DNA from: an uncultured Verrucomicrobiae bacterium
GTDB taxonomy: Bacteria > Verrucomicrobiota > Verrucomicrobiia > Limisphaerales > UBA11358
DNA length: 64,000 nucleotides
Direction of reading: 5' to 3'
Assembly (NCBI GenBank): GCA_963711945.1
Contig: CAVQGB010000013.1
Coordinates: 3,893 to 67,892, forward strand
Position 1 is the stretch's first letter. The number at the start of each line of letters is the position of its first letter. This document shows, piece by piece, positions 40,061-50,974 of this stretch. The translations under genes were made by a program, and so were the position numbers. The notes beneath the pieces are model-generated. The model was not told the origin of the DNA. It was given only the letters and a program-made list of their open reading frames with translations, and did no database searches.

Positions 40061-41382
40061 ATGCTGCCGCTGTTGCGGGTGAGTCGCGCCTTGGGACAGG
40101 AAGAACGAAGTGGGTTATCGCAAGTCCTATTATCAGGAGGATGACAACCGGATCAACGTCACCACGGACACGTTGCAGTTCGATGTCGGCTTGAGGGACA
40201 ATGTGCGCCTGAACGGCGACGTGGTGATCGACGCCATTTCCGGCGCCACGCCCACGGGCGCGCCACCGCAGACCCAGTGGCCGTTCCCCACTTTCAACAA
40301 CCTTTACCAGTCGGCCTACCAGAGCGCCTATGCCAGCCAATACAATCAGTTCATTGCCAACAACCAGATTTACGTGGACAGCGGGCTGGAAACCTATCAG
40401 CAATTGACCAACGACGCGGCCGGCCTATGCGCAACTGACGGCGCCGAACATCGCCACCAACAGCGCCACCGCTTCCTACCAGAGCCTGACCAACAATCCC
40501 AACTATCCACAACACCAAGGTGCCGTTGACGCAAATGCACGACTATCGGACGGCGTTTTCCATCGGCGGTTCCCATGACGTTCGGCCGGCACCAGATCAC
40601 GCCGTCGTTTGCTTACAGCGAGGAAAGCGATTACATCTCGTTTGCCGGAGCGCTGAATTATTCCCTTTCGCTAAACGACAAGAACACCACGTTGAGCACC
40701 GGCTGGGCGCACAACAGCGACACGGTGCGGGACGATCTGTTCATCTGGGAGACCAAAGACGACGGATAACTGTTTTCTCGGCTGGGTGCAGTTGTTCGGG
40801 CCCAAGGCCTATTTGACCGTCAATGCCTCGCTCGGTTTTGAGCACGGTTATCTGGCCGATCCTTACCGCGGTGTAATGTTCGCCAACGAATTGCAAAATA
40901 ATCCCGACGACGCGGCGTTGAGTCCTGAAGTCCGCCCGCGCCATCGCAACAGCCAGATTCTTTATGCTTCCTGGACCCAGTTTGTCACGCCCGCGAACGG
41001 GAGCTATGAATTCAGCTACCGTTTCTTTCATGATACCTACGGCATCTTTGCCCACACGGCGGAACTGGACTGGCACCAGAAAATCGGCAAGAACCTCGTC
41101 ATCTCGCCGATGTTCCGTTACTACGTCCAGAATGCGGCGGACTTCTATTACATCCTCGTGCCGGACTCCAACAACCCGCCGGCTTATTACTCGTCGGACT
41201 ACCGGCTTTCGGAATTTGAATCCTTTGCCACCGGCGTCACCATCACCTGGCGCATCGTGAAACACCTGTCTTTCGATGCCAGTTACATGCGCTATGTCAT
41301 GCGCGGGCTGGATGGGGTCACGTCGCAAAGCGCCTATCCGTCCGCCAACGTGTTCAACATCGGTCTGCGCATCTGGTTTTAA
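40061..41382 (+). pseudogene. DUF3570-family predicted outer-membrane beta-barrel protein; about 3 frame changes (start approximate)
   Basis: YRKSYYQEDDNRINVTTDTLQFDVGL..., ITPSFAYSEESDYISFAGALNYS and a long C-terminal ORF ending NVFNIGLRIWF* (aromatic terminal residue) fit DUF3570 as I recall it. Confidence 0.6.
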
Positions 41383-41501
41383 CCAAATGGATCCCAAATG
41401 CATAACCATTGCGACCAAACAACGCTTCCGTCCGAAATGGCCCGGCTTCCGCCGATCACAATCGAGTTCGCGCCCGCGGTCAGCAGCCGCGACTGCCGCT
41501 G

Positions 41502-42472
41502 ATGTCGTTGCGCCGCGTCACGCAGTCGGCGCAGAGTTCGGTTGAAGAGGGCCTCCACAAACTGCAGTTCCGCGCCATGAGCACGCACTGCCAGGTGAAT
41601 TGCCACGGCGTCTCCGGCGGCAGTCGCGCCGGCGATTCCAGCGCGACGTCGTCGCGTGGGTCGCGCAATTCGAGGCGCGCTATTCGCGCTTCATTCCGGA
41701 CAGCTTGATCGGCCGCATCAACGCCGCCGCCGGTGAGCATTGGGTGGAAACCGATCCCGAAACCGACCGGCTGTTCAACCTCTGCCAGGAATTGTTCTTC
41801 TTCACGCGCGGCTCGTTTGATCCGACCGCCTTGCCGCTCATCAAGCTGTGGAACTGGAAACAGCAGCCGCCGGTCGTTCCGGACGATCAGGCCATTCAAG
41901 CCGCCCGCGCCCTGGTCGGCTGGAACAAAATCCAGCGCCGGCCCGGCGGCATTTTTCTGCCGCAACGCGGCATGGCGCTTGACCTCGGCGGCATCGGCAA
42001 GGAATACGCCGTGGACTGCGTGATGAACATGGCCATCCAGCGCGGCATCCCGAACGTGCTGGTGGATTTCGGCCAGGACGTGCGCGTGCGCGGCCATGCG
42101 CCGGACAAAAAATTCTGGTGGATCGGCCTCGACGACGCGACGAGCCCCGGCAAATGCTGGGCCGGCGTGGCGGTCACCGACCACGGCGTCGCCACCTCCG
42201 GCGATTATCTCCGCAATTTTCACGTCAATGGCCGCCGCTACGGCCACATCATTGACCCGCGCACCGGCTATCCCGCGTTCAACGATTGCCGGGCCGTGTC
42301 CGTCATCGCGCCGAGCTGCACCATCGCCGGGCTGCTTTCCACCAGCGTGTGCATTCTCGGCGCGAAGGAAGGCCTGCAACTCATCGAACTTCATCCCGGC
42401 GCCGCCGGTGCCGTGACCACTGAAACCACCAAACTCTATTCCCGAAAATTCCATGAATACATCCCTGCTTAA
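41502..42472 (+). pseudogene. apbE: FAD:protein FMN transferase (ApbE family); one frame change near 41.62 kb
   Basis: FRAMSTHCQV lies in the first frame. The second frame reads RFIPDSLIGRINAAAG...GSFDPTALPLIKLW...LDLGGIGKEYAVD...VATSGDYLRNF...GHIIDPRTG. Confidence 0.8.
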
Positions 42473-42955
42473 AAAACTCGCCTTGGCGGCGCTGCTCGCC
42501 GGAACCGTTTTCACCGCATCGGCCGCGCTGAAAGTCGGCGACAGCTTTCCCTGACCTCGCCACGCTTCAAGCTCGAAGGCAAGCTGCCCGACGCGCTCAA
42601 AGGAAAAGTCGTGATTGTGGATTTCTGGGCGTCGTGGTGCGGGCCTTGCAAGGAATCCTTTCCGGCAATGAATGAACTTCAAAAAAAATACGGCGATCAG
42701 GGGCTGGTCATCATTGCCGTCAACGAGGACGAGGAGAAATCGGACATGCAGGATTTTCTCAAAGACAATGCCGCCGCGTTTACCGTCGTGCGCGACGCCA
42801 AACAGAAGCTGGTGGCGGTGGCGGGCATCCAGACCATGCCCAGCTCATTCGTGCTGGATGACACCGGCAAGGTGCGTTTTGCCCACAGCGGATTTCACGG
42901 GGCGGAAACGCGCAAGGAATACGAGCAGGAAATCGAATCACTCCTGAAAAAGTAA
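42454..42955 (+). pseudogene. TlpA-like periplasmic thioredoxin (thiol:disulfide oxidoreductase); one frame change near 42.55 kb
   Basis: It has a signal peptide (MNTSLLKKLALAALLAGTVFTASA). The second frame reads VIVDFWASWCGPCKESFPAMNELQKKYGDQGLVIIAVNEDE (WCGPC active site). Confidence 0.75.
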
Positions 42956-42960
42956 GCGTT

Positions 42961-43193
42961 ATGCGTCCGCTCCCGAAAAAACTGATCCTGCTGGCCGCCC
43001 TCGGCCGCGATCGTCGGCTCGCAAACCGGCTGCGAATCCGTGAAGCCGTGGCAGCGCAAAACCCTGGCGGATTACACCATGCGCGGTGACCGCGATCCCA
43101 TCGGCGACGAACATCACCGACCACATTTTCTTCTCCCGTGAAATGGCCTCCGGCGGCAAAGGCGTCGGCGGCGGCGGCTGCGGCTGCAATTAA
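42961..43193 (+). pseudogene. DUF4266-like small lipoprotein; two frame changes
   Basis: It reconstructs as MRPLPKKLILLAALG.IVGSQTGCESVKPWQRKTLADYTMRGDRDPIGDEHH...SREMASGGKGVGGGGCGCN*. The lipobox-like TGC and the terminal GGGCGCN match my recollection of DUF4266. Confidence 0.5.
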
Positions 43194-43209
43194 CCAAAAT
43201 GAAACCAAT

Positions 43210-44855
43210 ATGAAATCACGACTCAATTTCCTCGCTGATGCTGGCGGCGGTTGCGTTTCTGCCGGCGGCGACGAAAGCCCTCGATTTGCCGACGCGCAGT
43301 CCGTTTGGCGTTGCCGTGGTGGCGGCCAATGACGCGGATGGTTCCAAAGTCCTGCGGGTGAGTTTCACCGTGCCGGCGGGGTGCGTCCTGTATTTTGACC
43401 GGCTGCATTTCCGCACGGCGGACGGCTCGGAAATCCAGCCGTTGAAAATGCCGGATGCCGTGCTGGAAACCGACAAAGTCACCGGCAAACCCCGGAAAGT
43501 TTATCTCAACAGATTTCTCGGTGGCGGTGAACCCGGCCGATTTGCCGGACCACCAACTGGCGGTGAAATTTCAGGGTTGCACCAACGCCGCCTGCTTCTT
43601 TCCCGAGCAACGATTGTTCGCGCCGGGCGCGGACGGGACTTTTGCCGAAGTCACTTCCGGCACGCCGGCCGCCAGTCCGGTTGCCGGCGGCGCAGGCTCC
43701 GCGATTGATTGGGCACGGGAATTCGAAGGCTTCACAGTCAAGGGCCAGCAGACCGGCTATTTGAACGCCGCCGAGTTCAACACTTTCCTGGATCGGGCCG
43801 TCGCTGGACAGGGAACCGCGGATCCGCTGGCGAGATTTCAAAACATGGGAATGCTGGCCACGCTCCTGCTGATTGTCGCCGGCGGTTTTTTGCTGAACTT
43901 CACCCCGTGCGTGCTGCCCATGATTCCCATCAACCTCGCCATCATCGGCGCCGGCAGCCGCGCCCGCTCGCGAACGGAAGGATTTCGCAACGGCGCGGTT
44001 TATGGTCTGGGCATGGCCCTGGCCTACGGCACGCTGGGATTGGTCGTGGTGCTGACCGGTTCCAAGTTCGGCACGCTGAATTCTTCCATGTGGTTCAACG
44101 TCGGCATCGCGCTCGTTTTCGTGGTGATGGCGCTGGGCATGTTCGACGTGTTGAACATTGATTTGTCGCGTTTCAGCGGCGCCGGTCCAAGCGGCTCCCA
44201 GGCGGCCAGAGGAGCGTTGGCGCAGAATGCCGTGGTGCTCTCGCTGGGCGTCATGTCCGCCTTGCTGGCTGGCGCTTGCGTGGCGCCCGTGGTGATTTCA
44301 GTGGTCCTGCTCGCGACCAATTTTTACGCCAAAGGCGCGGTGGCCGGTTTGTTGCTGCCGTTTCTGCTGGGCGTGGGCATGGCGCTGCCCTGGCCGTTCG
44401 CCGGCGCCGGCCTGACGTTTCTGCCCAAACCGGGCAGGTGGATGAAATACGTGAAGTATGGATTTGGAATGATGATTCTCGCCTTCGCGGTTTACTACGG
44501 CCATCTGGCCTGGCATGCGCGCCAAACGGCCGGTGGTTCCATTACCGGCGCCGCCGCAACGGTCGGATCGGTCAACCACGCGCCGGGTGAAACGGACCGG
44601 GAACTTTTAGCCGCCCTCCAACAAGCGCGCGCCACCGGCCGGCCGCTGTTTGTTGATTTTCACGCGAGCTGGTGCAAGGACTGTTCGGCCATGGATGAAA
44701 CGGTTTTCAACCGGACGGAGGTAAAAGATCATCTGCAACGATTCGTCGCGGTGCGGTATGCGGCGGAACAGCCCAATGCGGCCCCGGCCAAACCGTTGCT
44801 CGACCATTTCAACATCGTCGGTATGCCGGCCTATCTCGTTTTGTCGCCGAACTAA
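43210..44855 (+). pseudogene. dsbD: DsbD-like thiol:disulfide interchange protein (N-terminal domain, CcdA-type membrane core, C-terminal thioredoxin); about 2 frame changes
   Basis: The membrane core reads LLNFTPCVLPMIPINLAIIG and GACVAPVVISVVLL. The C-terminus reads RPLFVDFHASWCKDCSAMDE.... Confidence 0.7.
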
Positions 44856-44894
44856 GTAATTCAACTCGAAACTAATAAACCAAAGGAGACACCT

Positions 44895-46819
44895 ATGAAA
44901 ACCAAAACCATTCAATTCATGTCCGTCCTGCTCGCGGGCATGCTGCAAGTGGCGCCATTGATGCGTTCGTTCCTGCCCAATGCGCAAGGGTTGGCCCCTT
45001 CCGTCGTGGGGATTCATCCTCAAGATCGGCGTGGGTGCGACGGCGCTGCTGGGATTTGACGCCGTATCCCAGGCCTCGAGCATCTCGATTTCGCCGCCGA
45101 ATGCCACCGTGGGCCAGCCTTACATTGGCACGGTCACCTATTCCGGCGGCCATGCCGGTTCGGTCCGATCGATGAGCCTGACCAACACCTGCCTGGGCAG
45201 CGGTGTTCCTTTTGTTGACGGGTTGACCATTGTTTATGCGGGTGCCAATACTGCCACCGTGACGGGCACGCCGACGAACGCGGCCAATTATCCGTTCACA
45301 CTTAAGATTTTTGACTCCAGCGGCTGTGGTGGCGGCGGGCAACAGTGATACTCGTTCCACAACCCTGATCGTTGGCGCCGGCACCGGCGGTCCGTTCGCC
45401 CCGAATCATTTCTGCCGCGCCTCCAAACACCTGCGCCCAGATTGGCTCGGACGTGCAGTTGAGTGGCGGGGCGTCCGGCAATCCGATCACCCCAATATCA
45501 GTGGTGGAGCGGCTTGACGCCCATACCTGGCGCGACCAATTCGGTTTTGACCATCCCCAATGTGCAATTGACCAATTCGGGAGTCTATACGATGACGGCG
45601 TCCAATTCCCAAACCGCCGGCTTTTCCTTTGGCAGCCTGCCCAAAGCCAATTGTTACCTGTCGGTGGCCATCAGCGGCGGCACCAACTTCACCGCTTACG
45701 AATTCACCAATTATGCTCCGGCCGGCGTGGCTTTGACCATGTCCAGCTGGGTCACCAATGTCTCCACCGCGACCAACTATTATTTTTGGACCTACAATAG
45801 CGTCAACGTGATCAGCACCAGCAATACAGTTCCACTCTCTGCAACCGCATTGACTCCAGCCAAAAGCGGCACTTACACCGTGACTTTCAACAGCACCAAC
45901 GCGAGCGGGGCAATCCTTTCGGGACAAAATTATGATTCCTACTGGGCCTTTGGCTATCTGCCGGCATTTACCAATTCCCTGCCCGTCTCGACCAATGTCA
46001 ACTCCGGCGCCAGCGTCACTCTGTCGGTTGGCATCCGGGGCACCTTGAACGTTTATAACGGAGCCGGCGGCAATGGCAGTTATTCAACCAACAATGGAGT
46101 TCCCTGTGTCTTCTGGTATCAGGGCACCAATCTTGTGGCGGCCCAAAACTATGTGCTGGGACCGACCAGTGGCACCGCCTATTCCAATTCCGCCGTCACC
46201 GCTGCCTTGACCTTGAACAACGTCTCCCCGGCCAACGCAGGCAATTACACCGTGGTGGCGACCAACTTTTGGGGCAGCGTGACGAGCAGTCCGGTTGCCT
46301 TGTTAATTGCGAGTTCTGCCAATCCTCCGGGTATCACCACGAACCCGCCCGCAGCCTTGTCGCTGCTGGCCGGGCAGAGTTCCACCATCAGTGTCACCGT
46401 GACGGGCACGCCACCCTATTTTTTCCAGTGGCGTGACGGCGGCACCAATCTTGCCAACGGCGGGGTTTATGGCGGAGTGTTTACGAACACCCTGACGCTC
46501 AAGGCGGCTACCACCAACAACAGCGGCAATTACACCGTGGCGATCACCAACGCCGCCGGCGCCGTCACCAGCAGCGTCTCGGCGTTGAGCATTGTCCTGC
46601 CGCCGCAGTTGACATCCGTGGCTGGCAGCCCCGGTAATTTCCAGTTCAACGCCAATACCATCACCGGTCTTGACTATGTTGTCCTAACGGCCACCAACCT
46701 CGCTGTCTCCGTTCTGGACTCCCATCCTGACCAATAATACCGGCTTGAGCGGCATCATCAACTACAAGACCAACACTGCGAGCGGCCCAAATCAATTCTA
46801 CCAGCTCATGTTCCCTTGA
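44895..46819 (+). pseudogene. secreted Ig-like repeat exoprotein, paralogous tail to 37759-39906; about 4-5 frame changes
   Basis: AAGGAG lies 7 nt upstream of the ATG. The N-terminus is MKTKTIQFMSVLLAGMLQVAP. Ig repeats read PPYFFQWRDGGTNLANG and SGNYTVAITNAAGAVTSS. The tail is NANTITGLDYVVLTATNL...PILTNNTGLSGIINYKTNTASGPNQFYQLMFP*. Confidence 0.6.
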
Positions 46820-47426
46820 TCGCGGAATGATGACGTGCTTTGCTTGTGCCAACCTGTATTTAACCACGTCGAGTTTGCGCCGAGGTTTCGCCCGTGCTGT
46901 AGCCGGAAATTCGCGCGTTGAACTGCGCGACCCGCCGGGCATCTTTCCATCTGGAGGCGGGTTAATTGCCGCAAAAAGCATGAATTTGAAAGGAAGGCGA
47001 GGGTCGGTTTTCAACCAACGCCTATCCATCCGATTACAGGATGGCGTTGGCTTTCTCCAACGTTCCTCTGCCCGCCACTCCAACAACGCTTCTTGCAGAG
47101 TCGCCTGCCTCAAAAGGCGGAATGTCGGGTTTACCATGTTTCTCTCGAACAGTGATGATTGATTCAGCCCCCGCCTCTGCACCGGCTTTCTTGCATCCGT
47201 ATGCCCGCAAACTGGGTCGCGCCGGTGCCGATAGACTCTGCGGACGGAACCGCAGGTGTGTTTATGATGTGTCCATAACAAACAACTGTTCAGGCGACCT
47301 CATGTCGCATTCAGTGAAATCTTCAGTAACGGAGTTAAGCCAAGTTAAGTCAGATAGTGCAGGAGTATATTGAAATAGTGCGGAAATTGGTGTAGATTTT
47401 CCTCGAAAAACGGGCTAAAACCGTCT

Positions 47427-47446
47427 GATTCCGACCCTCGCCTCCA
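47427..47446 (+). repeat. copy 3 of the tRNA-3'-end-like 20-mer (putative distal attR)
   Basis: It exactly matches copies 1 and 2, and lies 20,566 bp from copy 2. Confidence 0.65.
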
Positions 47447-47455
47447 TGAAAAATG

Positions 47456-47475
47456 CCTGTAAAAACAGGGTTTTT
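47456..47475 (+). terminator. weak intrinsic-terminator-like hairpin directly after repeat copy 3
   Basis: CCTGT-AAAA-ACAGG is followed by G and TTTTT. The stem is only 5 bp. Confidence 0.3.
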
Positions 47476-47965
47476 GGAGGAAAAGCGTCGAGTTTCAGTG
47501 GCCGGACTACTCCGGCACTATTCGGCTTATTCACTTTAACTCTGCCATTACTCGCTAACGGGGGCGGCAACGCCTCATCAATGGAGGTTGACAGCGACGC
47601 CTCTGTCACATTGTTCCGGTCGCTGGACAAAACCCCTTGCCAGCGGATGACGAGGGCTTCGCCCGTCCTCCGAAGCAGAACTGCTGAGGGTAGACAGCAC
47701 ATTTCTGCGATGGGGCGTCGCAGTCATCCACAGGCTGATTTCGGAGTTCGGTATATTCTTGATTGTTTGGGGGGGGCTGAAGTCCGTCCGACGGGGGCCG
47801 CAACCGGTTCAATTCCAATTAGCTAAACAGATGATTAACATTTGACATGCTCACGAGATGTGGCGTATGCTGAATAAGCAGTGGCGTTGTGCTGCGTTGT
47901 GCTGATTTGTTTTCCAAAACAGGCGCACGTCAACCGTCGCCGGCCACGTATTTATTTGAGGTTTC

Positions 47966-49790
47966 ATGAGTAACACAATCGCAGATGCGTCGTCCTCGAA
48001 CGGCGCCCCGAAGGTTTCGCGGATCAGCGAGGCGGTCATCCGCATCGCCGGCAATTCACAGGACGGCATCCAGGCCATCGGCGGCTTTCTCGCGCGGCTC
48101 GCCGGCCGCAGCGAGCAGGAGGTCATGACGTTCATGACCATTCCCGCCACCATTTCGGGCGGCCCGTCCATTTTCCAGGTGCGCATCGGTTCGGGCGAGG
48201 TTTTGAGTTCCGGCGACGAGGCGGACGTGCTGCTGGCGTTTTACCAGCACTCCTACGAAGGCCACATCGGCTCGCTCAAAAAGGGCGGCATCGTGATGTT
48301 CGATTCCGACCACGTGGAGGCCAAACCGGAGTGGCTGAAGGATTATCACCACGTGGGCGTTCCGATTTCCTCGCTCACGGTTGAGGCCATCGGCGGCACG
48401 GCGAAGGACAAGGGCAAAAATATTTACGCGCTCGGCCTCATCGCCAAGATGTTTGATTTGAACGTGCCGAAACTCGAAAACCTCGTCGGCGAGCGTTTTA
48501 CGGGCAAGAATCCCGCCATTTTGAACAATGCCCTCGCGGCGTTCCACGCGGGCTATGCGCACTCGTTGGGCAACGTGCTGGAAACTTTCAAGTTCGTTGA
48601 CTCCACCAGCAAGGGCGGCCATCAGGTCGTGATGAACGGAAACGAGGCGCTCGGCTTTGGCCTCATCGCGGCGGGCGTCCGATTTGGCGCGGGCTATCCC
48701 ATCACGCCGTGGACGGATATCATGGAATTGCTGCGCCGCGAACTGCCGAAATACGGCGGCACGTTTGTGCAAACCGAGGACGAAATTGCCGCCATCTCGA
48801 TGGCGATTGGCGCGAGCTATGCCGGCCGCGTCGCGGTCACCGGTTCGAGCGGTCCGGGAATTTCGCTCAAAACCGAGGCGCTCGGCTGGGCGGTCATGGC
48901 GGAAATGCCGCTCGTGATCGTGGACGTGCAACGCGGCGGGCCGTCCACCGGCATGCCGACGAACATTGAGCAGTCCGATTTGAACATTGCTTGCTTTGGC
49001 GGCCACGGGGATTCGCCGCGCGTCGTCATCGCGCCCGCAAACGTCGAGGATTGCTTTTACACGGCCATTGAGGCTGTCAACATCGCCCGCAAATACAGCG
49101 TGCCGGTCGTCATCCTCACCGACCAGGGCATCGCCACGCGCATCGAGGCGTTCATGGAGCCGGACCTCGAAAAAGTTTGCCAGGACATTTCGCCGGACTT
49201 CACGCCGGTGCCCGAACACAAGCCCTACGATTTGTCCGCGCCCGATGGCGTGACGCGTCACATCGCGCCGGGCACGCGGATTTTGAACGGTCAATATCCG
49301 ATTGCCACCGGCCTGGAGCACGACGAGGCGGGCCACCCGACCGGCTCGCCAAAACTGCACCAGTTGATGACCGCCAAGCGTCGGAAAAAATTGCAGGCGC
49401 TTGCCGCAACGCTGCCGGCGCCGAAAATTTATGGCCCGTCCGAGGGCAACGTCCTTCTCGTCGGCTGGGGTTCCACGCAGGGGCCGATCCGGGAGGCCGT
49501 GGACCGCGCGCGCGCCGCGGGCGACAGTGTTTCCTCGCTTCACATCAAGCACATCAACCCGCTGCCGCCGGGACTGGAGGAAATATTTCTCCGGATTCAA
49601 CCACGTTCTCGTCGTTGAGATGAATGACGAGGGACTTTACGGTTACGGCCAGCTTGGCGGTTTGCTGCGCGCGTGTTTTTGCGACCCAAAAATTCAGGGC
49701 ATCAACAAGTCCGAGGGCCTCACTTGGAAAGTCAGGGAAATACTCGATCGCGCCAAGACCGCCGTGGCCGCCGGTTTGCGCAAACTGTGA
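47966..49790 (+). pseudogene. korA: 2-oxoacid (2-oxoglutarate):ferredoxin oxidoreductase subunit alpha; one frame change near 49.59 kb
   Basis: It contains GNEALGFGLIAAGVRFGAGYPITPWTDIME and VTGSSGPGISLKTEALGWAVMAEMPLVIVDVQRGGPSTGMPT. After LPPGLEEIF the protein continues in another frame (SGFNHVLVVEMNDEGLYGYGQL...). Confidence 0.8.
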
Positions 49791-49805
49791 ATTTGAACCG
49801 AGCCA

Positions 49806-50786
49806 ATGTCCGAATGTCCAATTATTAACATGAGCCAGACTTTGATAGAAATGCCGGAACGCGCCGGAACCGCCGCGTCCGCCGCCGCCGTGCCGGTTTT
49901 GCCCGCAACCGAGGAACGCAAGGGCCTGACGAAAAAGGAAATCGCCGCCGACCATCCGACGTGGTGTCCCGGCTGCGGCGATTTTTCCGTGCTCGCGCTT
50001 TACTTCAAGTTGATCGAGAAGCGCAAGTTGTGGCATGAGAAAATCACGACCGTCGCCGGCATCGGCTGCTCCAGCCGGTTCCCGTATTTCGTGCAGGCGC
50101 ACGGCGTGCATTATATCCACGGCCGCGCGCTGCCGTTTGCCAGCGGCATTTCGCTGTCGCGTCCCGATTTGCATGTGTTTGTTTTCGGCGGCGACGGCGA
50201 TGCGTTTTCCATCGGGGGAAATCATTTCAACCATACCGCGCGAAAAAACGTGAAGCTCACCTACGTCGTCATGGACAACTGGGTTTATGGCCTGACGAAA
50301 AAACAGACTTCGCCCACCTCGCCGCTCGGCTTCAAGAGCAAGACCGACCAGTGGGGCGCGGTGGATTATCCCATCAACCCGATGAAGCAGGCCATCGCCG
50401 CCGGGGCCACGTTTGTCGCGCGCACAACGTCCACAAATCCGAACCATGTTTTGGCGATGATGGAGGCTGCGATGGACCACGACGGTTTCGGCTTCATCGA
50501 ATGTTTGAGCGAATGCGTGGAATTTTACGAGGGCGCTTTCGACGCTGCGAACCCCCGCAAGGGCGGCATGTTCCGCGAAGTGCCCAAGGACCACGACGTA
50601 AGCGACGAGGCCGCCGCCTACCATCTCGCCGGCGCGGATTTTCCGGGTTACTTCGGGATTTTTTACAGGAACAACAAGCCGACCAAGAACACCAAGGAAG
50701 CCGCGATCAACAAAACGTTCCAGGACAAGGTCGCCGGCCTGAAGGACTGGCAGATTCTCCAGAAGAATTTCGACAAGATGAAATAA
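49806..50786 (+). CDS. korB: 2-oxoacid:ferredoxin oxidoreductase subunit beta (TPP-binding)
   Basis: It contains HPTWCPGCGDFSVL and GIGCSSRFPYF...IHGRALPFASG...FVFGGDGDAFSIGGNHFNHTARKNVKLTYVVMDNWVYGLTKKQTSPTS. Confidence 0.85.
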   Translation: MSECPIINMSQTLIEMPERAGTAASAAAVPVLPATEERKGLTKKEIAADHPTWCPGCGDFSVLALYFKLIEKRKLWHEKITTVAGIGCSSRFPYFVQAHGVHYIHGRALPFASGISLSRPDLHVFVFGGDGDAFSIGGNHFNHTARKNVKLTYVVMDNWVYGLTKKQTSPTSPLGFKSKTDQWGAVDYPINPMKQAIAAGATFVARTTSTNPNHVLAMMEAAMDHDGFGFIECLSECVEFYEGAFDAANPRKGGMFREVPKDHDVSDEAAAYHLAGADFPGYFGIFYRNNKPTKNTKEAAINKTFQDKVAGLKDWQILQKNFDKMK

Positions 50787-50974
50787 TTTCCCGCCGCCGT
50801 GTTTTGTGGCGCGTCTTGAGGCCTCTGCAAAACCTCCATTTAGCGGGAGGCAGCCTCCGGGTTTGGCCGGAACTGCCTGATATTCCAGCGGATGTTTCGG
50901 GACTCAGCCCCGACTCTGCACGTTTTGCCCACGGCCTCCGTGTTTGAACATCCACGAATGCCATCTCATGATTT

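Noticed and set aside
46996-47007. An inverted 12-nt partial copy of the att core (GGCGAGGGTCGG) 430 bp left of copy 3, possibly the 5' half of the parental tRNA.
   Set aside because: Downstream sequence does not fold into a cloverleaf; only an unrelated 8+4-bp hairpin lies at ~47015-47050. A 12-mer could still be meaningful (rough chance expectation well below 1 per window), but I cannot assign a role.
47080-47446. tmRNA or a minus-strand RNA gene explaining the repeat. The reverse complement GGAGGCGAGGGTCGGAATC loosely recalls a tmRNA 5' end.
   Set aside because: There is no matching 3' acceptor strand (CGCCTCCACCA) within several hundred nt on that strand. I also found no resume-codon or tag-like reading frame.
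47447-47960. A possible structured RNA or tRNA because of GGTTCAATTCC at ~47806-47816 and the G-run at 47770.
   Set aside because: The flanking bases do not form a T stem or an acceptor stem. I recognised no conserved RNA family features.
48056-49600. Long antisense ORFs opposite well-supported genes: 48056-49600, 49554-50624, 52287-53513, 54884-55804, 34399-35655, 41480-42682 and 10489-11202.
   Set aside because: They have the typical high-GC shadow-ORF composition (R/A/G/H-rich, no motifs). Each lies exactly opposite a gene with strong family similarity.
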